The position numbers and the translations under genes are program-made. The notes below the pieces were generated by a model. It searched no databases, was not told the origin of the DNA, and saw only the letters and a program-made list of their open reading frames with translations. Positions 52,751-64,000 of a stretch of 64,000 bases of DNA are shown here, one piece after another (positions within the stretch are counted from its first letter, which is position 1; every line of letters starts with the position of its first letter). The DNA comes from Octopus vulgaris (Eukaryota). The stretch covers positions 11,160,001 through 11,224,000 of the forward strand of contig OX597818.1 of assembly GCA_951406725.2 (NCBI GenBank), written 5' to 3'.

Positions 52751-55700
52751 TCAGGGCATTGTTTACTAAATAACTCTTTGTAGTACATTATCCTGATACA
52801 AAATCCAAACTGCATCTTGTGTTCTAACTCTCTCTTTCTCTCTCTCAAATTGATTGAGCTAAAATTTTTGCCTTAACTTTCATGGCCTCATCCAGAGATT
52901 TACAAATTAGTTAAATACCTTAGGGACTTATGAATCATCCTGTGTGTGTGTGTAAATTCAGGATCACTATAATGCCCTTGCATAATTCAAAGATTTAGTT
53001 TATCCAATTGAAATGGTACAGGATATTGTTTATTAGGAATATAGTTCATCTTGTCATTTTGCTCACAGAGTAAGGCAGTTTCTGTGTTAAAAATTATCAG
53101 TTGAATTAGAACCAGTTGCCTCCATAATTGCCATATTGGAGTTTGTTGAATTTTCATTTTAAAGGAATATGTAAAAACTACTGTATATTTAATTAAAATT
53201 CTGTAGATGACTTGCAGACAAGGATAACTTAATCTAATTGAGAGTATAATATAAAATCAGCTATAAAACTTATTTTTAGTACTTAAAAATCACATCAAAC
53301 TTTGTGCATATAATAACAGAGGAAATGCTGAAATTTAGCTATCTCAAGAATAAATCTGTGAAAGAAAATTTGCTAAATTCTTTCACTGCAATCTGTGAAA
53401 AGTATAAACGAAAGGATTTATACTCTTTTTTATTCTTGAGATTGTTCGATTTCAATATGTCTTCCATGAAATTTAAAATTATGAATTTAAAATTGCACAA
53501 GAACTTTATCATGATTCTTCCCCCCCCTCTCTCTCTTTCACTCTTTCTCTCTCACAGATACACACAGACACACACACTAGACTACTTTCTTCATATTGGC
53601 ATAACAATATGTGAGAGATAGAAGTCTGAGAGAGAGTATTGTAGTAGACTGCTGTTACAATTTAGCCTTAGGTCAGCCTTCATTAAACTGACCTAGGATC
53701 AAAAGTATTCCAATATGTACTTTATTTAAGAGTGGAATTTCTGATTTACTGGAAATTTAGCTGCAGTTTCTTTATGCTCAAACAACTATAGGGAAACTGT
53801 CTCATTGGTTTGTAGCAGATCATTGTAAGCAATGGCGAACAAGCAGAATTACTGAGTATCAACAGTCAGCTTCCAGTATCAAATTCCTGTTCATTTTGCA
53901 GGACGGAGGGGAAAAAAATCTATTTATGGTAGACCAAGTAATATCCTTTCCATAGATAGGGATAAAGATATGATTATTTCTCTTAATGTACATGTGCTTA
54001 AAGCTATAAAACACCTAAGTTAACTGCTCAGCCAAGCTCCATGGATTCTGGTGGATCTAATTTTAGGAAGGAAAAATAGAAATTTGTAGAAGTAATCCAG
54101 CCAAAAATTAAATCAGAACCAAAGAGAAAAGAAAAAGATAAATATATCAAGAAATTTCACAATAGTATAGACAACAGCAATAACATAAATCCTAGTTTCT
54201 GTATTTATTGCTGAAGTTCATGACTGTTTTCCAGAATATTCAATATGACACAGTCTGTTGACTTCCGGCAGCTCCCTCTCTTTTACTTTGTAAATAACAC
54301 TTTGTTTAGAAGTTCACTGCAGGATATTAAATTCACATGGTAAAAACAGTCCTCGGTTTTCTTTACTTTTATTTATTTTCAAATGTATTTTTTATGTTCA
54401 GTTTCTTTTTATATTTAAAAAAATTTTTCATTTATTGTTTTTTTTTGTATGGTCAGGTATTATTTTTTATTGTTGCTTTTTCAAATATATGTTTTTTCTT
54501 TTATGTTATCTTCCAGTGTAATTGTTCTGTATCTCATTGTTGTTGTTAACCCCACAGATTATCTTTGTGATCAAAGATACTCCAGCCATAAGTATCTTGT
54601 TTTGTTTCTTTTTTCTCCAGCTTTGTGCATTCTACACTACAGTACTCAGTGTGTCCTCCCTTTTTCTAAGATGATAGGTGTGATTTCAGAGTAACATGGC
54701 AGCTATTTTTAGCAAATCAAGTGACTACTTAGACCCTCCCTTGTTGGGTCAAATTCCCTTATTGATTCCTTTCATATTTGCTTGAAACTTGCAGTGAGCT
54801 TCAGTGAGTCTTACTTATGCAGATATATTGAAGTTTATGCAAGCAAATAATATACAGGGACTGCCTTAAAAGAAATCAAACTTTTATAACAGAGCACCAA
54901 CCACTCAGTGCAGTATTGTGTATAGGTAACCTTCACTTTCAGTCTTAAAGCAATATCAGTTAGTCATTGATCTACATGTTCTCGAGTGAACGTACATCAT
55001 GTAAGATTGGCAGTTTGTCACAAGTCAAACAACTGAAAGGTTTGGAAGATCAATAGGTTTCTGTGGAAGTCTACTTTACATTGATAAAAAAACTTTTACA
55101 GAGATGACGGGTTAGTCATGTGCAATGTCATAAGTTATATGAGTGTTTCAAGTTGAGAAGAACATTCTCTGAAGATTATTCCAAATCTAAAAGACCTGTA
55201 ACAGAGGACAATAATCACATTCTGAAAGTACATATTGTGCTCTGTGAGAGCTTTCACCTGACTGCTTGAGGAATTTAACATGTCATTATTACTTAGAATG
55301 TTACAAGAAAATCAAATGGCCTAGTTTTCAACAGTGTAACAGTATTAATAGTAATTATGAAGAAAAAAAAAACATTTCTTAGATAGGAATAAGGCTAGTA
55401 ATTTGGATGGGAAGACATTAATTAAATTGATTCTCCTGTTTGATAAGTAAGTACTCTATTTTGTCAGACCTGGAATGATGGAAGGCAAAATTGGTAGGAT
55501 TTGAACTCAGCATAAAGAGCCAAAACAAATATCACAAAGTTTTGAAGTTGACACTCACAATACAATTGATCTTCCATCATTAATAATTTTGTTTTTTTTT
55601 AACATCTGCTTTCCATGCTGGCATGGGTTAGATGGTTTGACTGGAAACTGGTAAGCAGGAGAGCTGTACCAAGCTGCAGTCTGGTTTGGCTTGGTTTCTA

Positions 55701-55757
55701 CAGCTGGATGCCCTTCCTAATGCCAAAATAATAGTATGGCAATAATAATAATTATGT

Positions 55758-55965
55758 CTACTCTAGGCACAAGGCCTGAAATTTTGGCAAGGAGATAGGG
55801 CGGGGACTAGTTGATTATATTGATGCCAGTCCTTCATTGGTCTTTTTTTGTTGACCCTGAAAGAATGAAAAGCAAAATCAACTTCAGTGAAATTTAAACT
55901 CAGAATGTAAAACCAGAAGAATTGCTGCTAAGTATTTTGCCCAGTATAGTAACAATTTTACCAGC
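55758..55965 (-). mobile_element. SINE family S2 copy; another partial copy at 56568-56690
   Basis: ggcacaaggcctgaaattttgg ... aactcagaatg. Confidence 0.7.
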
Positions 55966-56011
55966 AATAATAATAAGAATAATAATAATAATAACTATAA
56001 TAATAATAATA

Positions 56012-56528
56012 AGCTATGCCAACACTGTAGAATAAAAACAGAAAAAAGATGGTATAGGCAGACGCCAGAGAAGGTCACAGAAAATGAGAAAGTAACCATA
56101 CTCTGGAATATGTCAATACACACAGATACAGAAATTAAGGCCAACAGGTCGAATATAGTTGTCAGAGATCACCAAGAAAAAAATGCTTTCTAATTGATGT
56201 ATCAGTACCAACAGATGACAGTGTTTCTCTAAAAGAAATGGAGAAACTTTTAAAATACAAAGACCTGGAAATAGAGGTAACTCGAATGTTAAGTCTAAAA
56301 ATAGAAACTTCTTATTATAGTAGGCGCATTAGGTATGATAAAAAAAATATTCAGACTAACAAGTATATATAACACAGAAAATAGCACTGCTAGGCACCAC
56401 ACACATCCTACATAAAACACTTTCAATACAGTTAAAAAAATAACATCACAACAAACCACAGTACATACACAAGGCATACAGAGCTGCGTTCCCTAGTGCA
56501 GTGAAAGCACATGATAAAAATAAGACTG

Positions 56529-56532
<4 letters not shown>
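56012..56532 (+). mobile_element. R4/Dong-clade non-LTR retrotransposon 3-prime fragment inserted in (TAA)n
   Basis: WYRQTPEKVTENEKVTILWNMSIHTDTEIKANRSNIVV...LIDVSVP...EKLLKYKDL...IIVGALG...QKIALLGTTHIL is the restriction-like endonuclease tail of R4/Dong elements. (TAA)n on both sides. Confidence 0.8.
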
Positions 56533-56567
<35 letters not shown>

Positions 56568-57304
56568 CCTTTCTATTAAAAGCACAAGGCCTGAAACTTT
56601 GGGGGAGGTGACTAGTCAATTACATCAACCCCAGTGTTTCACTGGTACTTAATTTATCAACCCTAAAAAATTAAATGCAAAGTCAACCTCAAAGAAATAA
56701 TAATAATGATAATAATAGTAATGTCTTTATTTTTAATAAAGGCAACATATGTGAGGACATAAGGATGAACTACAAAACTGGTATGGGCTTGCATAAAATC
56801 CATGAATAATAATTTGAGTAGTTTTAAAACTGAATATCCCATCCCATCTATTTTTGACTGTTTTAGTCTTAAGGTTATGAGGGTAATGTCTATAAGTATT
56901 GACACCTAATATGATAGAGATAATTAAAAACTTTACTTATTTAAATGAAATTTGGTAATATTTACTGTCACACATGTTGGTGGTAGACCCTTAACATATC
57001 TTTCTTATAACACCCATTGATCCATAGGTTCCTTTAGTGGAATTTTCTCCCTTGTAAACATTTGCATCACTCCACCATCTACCTATGTTCCTGGTTCCTC
57101 GGCAATGTACATTTTTATCTTCCCTTATTCAGGCTGAGCATTGACAATGACTGTTTAAAATTTTGCATCCTCCAGCACAGACAGTGTCATGTTATAAGAA
57201 ACAGTAAGAAGAAATGCACCTCCCGTTTTTTAATTTATCAAAAAGAGTTGAAAAACATTTTCTTGTCTTAGATCATGTTCTACCTTATTTTTGCTTCATT
57301 TCAG

Positions 57305-57429
57305 CTGTTCCAGAGTTTGTAATTTCCCCAACGAGCAAAATGATTGGCCTTGGACGGACCCTGTCTCTGCAGTGTGGAGCCAATGGCAGCCCTATTCCTG
57401 CAATTTACTGGCGGAAGGGTATAGAACAG
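57305..57429 (+). CDS. ROBO: Robo exon, first half of Ig domain 4 (phase 1-0, 125 nt)
   Basis: Acceptor catttcag|CT and donor CAG|gtaaga. Encodes AVPEFVISPTSKMIGLGRTLSLQCGANGSPIPAIYWRKGIEQ, resembling the Robo Ig4 start (PxFV.P.D..V..GRTV...C...G.P.PA.FW.KEGSQ). Confidence 0.9.
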
Positions 57430-57458
57430 GTAAGATTTTGGAAACACTTATTTTTTAA

Positions 57459-57677
57459 CCCTTTAGCATTCAGATTACTTTATTAAATGTAATGCTTATT
57501 TAATCATATTATTTTGAATTAATCATGCATTATTTCGTAGCTTTGAGATTTCAATGATGTGATTGTATATTTTTAGAATGGCATTGTTGATAAGTGCGAG
57601 GTACTGAATCTGGCCAGTTTGAACACAAAACAGATAGAATATTTGGGCTGAATACAGCTGGTTTAAATTCTAAAGGG
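57459..57677. mobile_element. piggyBac-like MITE, 219 bp, with TTAA target duplication
   Basis: TTAA|CCCTTTAGCATT ... AATTCTAAAGGG|TTAA. Three copies in the window. Confidence 0.85.
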
Positions 57678-58421
57678 TTAATACTTTAGCTTGTTTTATC
57701 CATCACAGTTTTGAGGTTACTCTTGAGAACCAAGTAACATTTCATTTCTTTTTTCAAAATGTTTTCTGATTTAGCAGGGAAGAAGGTAAGTTGTTGTTAT
57801 TTAACACAATGAATTGTCTGTTTAACAGATTTTTAAGTGTAAGTGGTTGAATATTCCACAAACACTTGTTCTCTTTACTATAATTCTTGCATAGAATCAG
57901 TGTATCAATGCATGTGCCAAAGCTAAGCATTTGAAATACTGGTACAGGCCAACAGATAGCTTTCTACATAGTTTCTGTCAATGGCATATCACTTTCAAGG
58001 CTTGAATTGACCTGAGGTACTGCTCAGAGCACAAAACCGTTTGTATGTGAAACTGGTGTTTCTCTTTATTACTATTCTGATTTTGAGAAAATCAGAGTAA
58101 CAATAGAGTTAATCTTCAACTACAATTGAATATAAAAAAACCTAACAAAAAACTACATATACTGAGTTCTTTTCTTTCCCCATTTACACCTCCAAACATA
58201 CTATTCACACAACATATATCTTCATCATTTTATGTCTATTTTTTTCATGCTTACATACATTGGACTGGTCTTCTCTGGCACAGCATCTCACAACTTGTTG
58301 AATTTCTTTTTATCTCCTTGAGAAATTTCAAGCTTTCTGCAGTCAGCCTTCACCTTCCTCTTCCATTTATTCCAACCACATGGTTGGAATTAATTTACCC
58401 AACTGTCAGCCTCTACACAAT

Positions 58422-58623
58422 ATGAGGGGGTGCTGAACTGTTCTTAACTTTGGGTAAAAGAAAATACGAGAGGATTGTAATTTTATTCCACATATTCCCC
58501 ACTCTGATTCACACACTTATTGCTGCGGCCCTTCAGTTTTTCTGTAAAAGAACTCAGAGGGTTGGGACTCTAAACAGGCTTTCACTACACCCTTAAAGCC
58601 AGGAACTTTTCAGCACCTCCTCA
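58422..58623. mobile_element. mariner-type MITE, second copy
   Basis: Collinear with 3660-3882, with TIRs GAGGGGGTGCTGAA... and ...TTCAGCACCTCCTC. Confidence 0.7.
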
Positions 58624-58907
58624 CATCACATGTCTATACCAACACAGTCTTCTTTCTTGCTTACTACAGTCAATTCATCTTATTCCCAGTTTTTGTCTCT
58701 GCTCTTCTGTGAGCTAGTCTGTATCTCTCAACTGGATTTACTACATTTTATAAACTTCTGTCACTTGCTCCTCTTTATTATATGTGTTGCCTCATGTTTT
58801 GAATGGAATGTGTGACTGAAGGATCTTTCAGTTGAAATACTTTTCTTCTTCATATCTCTTATCCAGAGATCAATGGTTTATGTAGTTATATATATCCTCA
58901 TAAACAT

Positions 58908-59175
58908 GAGTGTGACTTAGTTGTGAACAGTATTCAGCTCACAGTTATAAGGTCATAAGTTCAATTCTCGGTGGTGCATTGTGTCCTTGAGAGAGACACT
59001 TCGTTTCATGTTGTTCTATTCCACTCAGCTGACAAAAGTGTGTAGTACCTGTATTTCAAAGGGCCAGCCTTGTCTTACGCTGTGTCGCTTTGAATCTCCA
59101 TGAGAACTACATTAAAGGTACACATGTCTGTGGAGTGCTCAGCCACTTGAACATTTATTTCACCAGCCAGCTGTT
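58908..59175 (+). mobile_element. SINE family S3 copy
   Basis: Reverse complement of 6979-7301, truncated by the adjacent S1 copy. Confidence 0.75.
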
Positions 59176-59184
59176 GATTTTTTA

Positions 59185-59518
59185 CTGAGGCCATGCTGGG
59201 GCACCGTGCTGAAGAATTTTTAGCTAGATGGATCAAACTCAGTACTTAACTCTTTAAAGCCTGGTGCTTAGTCTGTCGGTCACTTTTGCCAAACTGTTAA
59301 GTTACTGGGATGTAAACTCACCAGTGCTGGGTGGGTTGTCAACATTGGATGGGGTCAAAGACACACAAACACACATACATATATATATATACAATGGGCT
59401 TCTTTCAGTTTCCTTCTTCCAAATCCACTCACAAGGCTTTGATCAGCCCAAGGTACCACACATTGAGAATGAACCCAGAACCATGTGGTTGGGAAGCAAG
59501 CTACATACCACACAACCA
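59185..59518 (-). mobile_element. SINE family S1 copy; further partial copies at about 59735-59890 and 60510-60615
   Basis: Collinear with the S1 pattern. Confidence 0.7.
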
Positions 59519-59921
59519 TGGATTGGACAAATCTTCTTCGTTATTGTATCTCTCCACTTATCAGTCACCATTTCCTTTGTGAGTTTCAGCATCCTGAGAT
59601 CAATTTTCACTATATTTACCCATGCCTTCCTTCGTTTTCCTCTTCTGCAATGCCTTTCACTTGGAGTTTTTCCTCTTCCATATACATATCACATATCTAT
59701 ACCAATGTGTCATACTGCTTTTGATTTCTCTTATCTTTTATCTTGTTACAGTCATTTGACTGCAGCCATGCTGGGGCACTGCCTTCAATGGTTTTTAGTC
59801 AAACAGATCGACCCCAGACGTTTTTTAAAAGCCTAGTACTTATTCTGTCAGTCATTTTTGCCAAACTGCTAAGTTTGAGGACACAACAGACACACAACAC
59901 ACACACACACATATATATATA

Positions 59922-60270
59922 CAATGATACCTCGCAGTACAAGTTTAATTTGTTCCATGACTGAGCTCGTCTTATGATTTACTTGTTTTACAAATCAATT
60001 TTCCCCATTGAAATAAACTAAAATGTAATTGATCCGTTCCAGTCCCCAAAAACCACTCAAAAATAATTTCTTATAGGTTTTAAAACAGAAAAGGTGTAGT
60101 TACAAATAGAATGCAAAAGAAATATGTAAACTGGTTTTATTTGCTGAGTTACCTTAACGATGGGATTTGTGTGCTTGTACTGTGGATTTCTACTCGTACT
60201 GCAAGACAAAAATTCACACGAGTCTCGGCTCATACAGCGAATTACTCGTACAATGGGGCATGTGTACTGC
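59922..60270. mobile_element. pogo/Tigger-like non-autonomous element relic
   Basis: TA-CAATGATACCTCG start, gtttaatttgttcc and repeated ctcgta motifs, as in Tigger-type ends. Confidence 0.45.
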
Positions 60271-60283
60271 TTATAAACAATCA

Positions 60284-60440
60284 CCATGTATTCAGTAAAG
60301 AAATTAGTCTAATATTGGGGCATATAAGTCCACAACGGAAAAAAGTGGGTTTTCCGTATTCATGGGGCACACCTCTTATATTCGTGATAAATGTGCTTAT
60401 TTGCCCCCAAATTAGATTACTTTCTTTAGTCAATACACAG
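60284..60440. mobile_element. Small MITE-like element with imperfect TIRs of about 40 bp
   Basis: tgtattcagtaaagaaattagtctaatattggggcatataag mirrors cttatttgcccccaaattagattactttctttagtcaatacac. Confidence 0.6.
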
Positions 60441-60713
60441 TGATTACTTATAAGCTTTAAGCTAATAAATATCAGTGTCACACACACATATATATTTATA
60501 TATATATATATATGATAGACTTCTTTCAGTTTCTGTCTATCAAATCTACTCACAAGGCTTTGGTCTCCCTAAGGCTATTATAATAGAAGGCACTTACCCA
60601 AGGTGCCACACAGCCATTACTGTGGTTAGGTTCAGTCTTCTATCAGTTTTATTATGCTCCCATTATTCAAGAACATTAACATTATGCACCCAATGGATTA
60701 TGCTCACCTTATT

Positions 60714-60764
<51 letters not shown>

Positions 60765-61714
60765 GTGGAGAGAGAGAAAGAGAGATAGTAGAAACTCTCA
60801 GATCTTAAGCTGCTCTGTTACTTCTGCTAAATACTAATAAAAATGTGTGTGTGTAAATATATATATATGCCTACATACATACATACATAAATACATACAT
60901 ACATACATACATCATACATACATACATCATACATACATACATACATACATACATACATACATACATACATACATGTGTGTTGGGGTGTGGAGGGTGTCAA
61001 TCAGTTTTAATTTTGTCAGGGTCAACATTTTTCTTTTTGCATTTTGCTTAAGTAGTCTTGTACTCTAGATAGCAGTTTTATGAGAGTTTTTTTAGGGTTC
61101 TATTTTGCTTTTCTTCGACCTTTTTCAAATGAAATTTCTCTAAATTTTCCATTCACCCCTTCTTTGTCTTTGCATTACCCCTCCCTCCTCATTCACTCCC
61201 TCCTCTCTCTCTCTCTCTCTCCCTGTCCTTCTCTCCCTCTCTCTCTCTCTCTCTGTCCTTCATTCTCTCTCTCTCCACATAACCATAACACAATTTTATA
61301 TCATCCCTTCACCACCAACACTTTACCCTGAAGTCTCATAGGCAATAACATCCATTTTTATTGCTAAGATGTGTTTCTGTGTGTTTATTTAAATGTTGTG
61401 TGCCAAAGTATTTAAACAAGCATGATTCTAGTGGTGTTGAAATAGACTGTGTGTGTGTGTGAGAGAGAGTGTCTGTGTATGTGTGTGCATGCATGTATGT
61501 AAGTGTGTGTTATGTGTTATTGTAAATATTGTATCTGTATACAAGGTATGAAGTGTGTTGTGAGATTATAAAGGTAATTGAAAGTTTGTATGTGTATCAC
61601 TCAAATTGTGTTTGTTCATATGGAGTAATTTACAAATGTATATATGTGTGTAACCACACACATACATAAATATATATTTGCATTTATTCATATATCTATC
61701 ACTATGTGTTTGAT

Positions 61715-63029
<1,315 letters not shown>

Positions 63030-63069
63030 TATGTATGTATATGTATTTATATATATATATTACATTATA

Positions 63070-63119
<50 letters not shown>

Positions 63120-63134
63120 CTATCTATCTATCTA

Positions 63135-63172
<38 letters not shown>

Positions 63173-64000
63173 CATACATATGTATACACACATATATCTA
63201 TCTATCTAACTATATATATATCTATATATATATATATATATATATATGCAGACACACTCATACACATCATTGCTCAGTGCTTATTTCCATTCTTTTTTAT
63301 TACGTGTGCCACAAATATATGGATGCATCTATAGAACGTGTGTGTCTGTGTATACATTTATTATGTGTTTGTGTGCAGAATTCCTACACTTTCAATTCCC
63401 GTGCCACCTGACTAATGGATGTTCAGCTGGGCTGTAAATTAAATTTAGTTTTAAAACCTCTTAGTGACTAGTGTCACTAACTTTATAGGCTGTTTTTCAC
63501 CAGCTGTGTGGTTTTTCAACTTTAAAGCTTTTGCTCTTTTGTTAATTAAGCTTCTGCTGTAGTAAAATGTGTGTTTGCCTATGTATATGAATGTGTGTGT
63601 TAGAGTAAGTGTGTGTGTATGTGTGTGCATATGTACTTGTGTGTGTGTGCTTGTGTACATCTACATATCTAAATTCCAATATTTACCTGTCTATCTATTT
63701 ATCCATCTCTCTCTCTCCTTCTCTTTTTCTCTCCCTCTCTTTCTCTCTCTCTCTCTTTTCATGTGTGTGTGTCATCATCTTCATTTATCATCTGTTTTCC
63801 ATTCTAGATGTATAGATATGTATGTATGTATCTACCTATCTATCTATATGTGTGTGCGTATGTGTGTGGATATATGCATGTATATATGTGTATACATAGA
63901 TACCTATATTTATGTGTGCGTGTGGGTACATATTTAGCCATGTTTATATTTTCTTCTACATATGGCTGATTATATGTATGTGTGAATAAGTGCATAAATG

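Noticed and set aside
54595-54690. Strong polypyrimidine acceptors (ttttctccag at 54620, tttttctaag at 54670) as a possible Ig3-Ig4 microexon
   Set aside because: No convincing downstream donor at a frame-preserving distance.
59264-59836. 190-aa plus-strand ORF
   Set aside because: Spans antisense S1 SINE copies; the same pseudo-peptide (QIHSQGF) recurs wherever the SINE occurs.

Overview
AT-rich, microsatellite-dense eukaryotic genomic DNA; the repeat families and composition fit an octopus/coleoid cephalopod best (inference). The window lies inside one large plus-strand gene, a Roundabout (Robo)-type Ig receptor. Four GT-AG exons (21530-21808, 33865-34003, 45225-45352, 57305-57429) splice in frame to give Ig2, Ig3 and the first half of Ig4, separated by introns of about 11-12 kb. 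Ig1 and the rest of Ig4 were not found here. The introns hold tRNA-derived SINEs, truncated RTE, CR1, R4/Dong and Penelope-like retroelements, Tc1/mariner relics, piggyBac- and mariner-type MITEs and Helentron-like repeats, often nested. Almost all other supplied ORFs are microsatellite or repeat noise. Best leads: an antisense minimal hammerhead ribozyme with an intact core plus degenerate relatives tied to Penelope-like elements, a 57-bp hairpin, possible alternative splice sites and a microexon around Robo Ig3/Ig4, and a Pbx-Hox plus Meis motif pair in unique intronic DNA. Repeat boundaries are read by eye and approximate.
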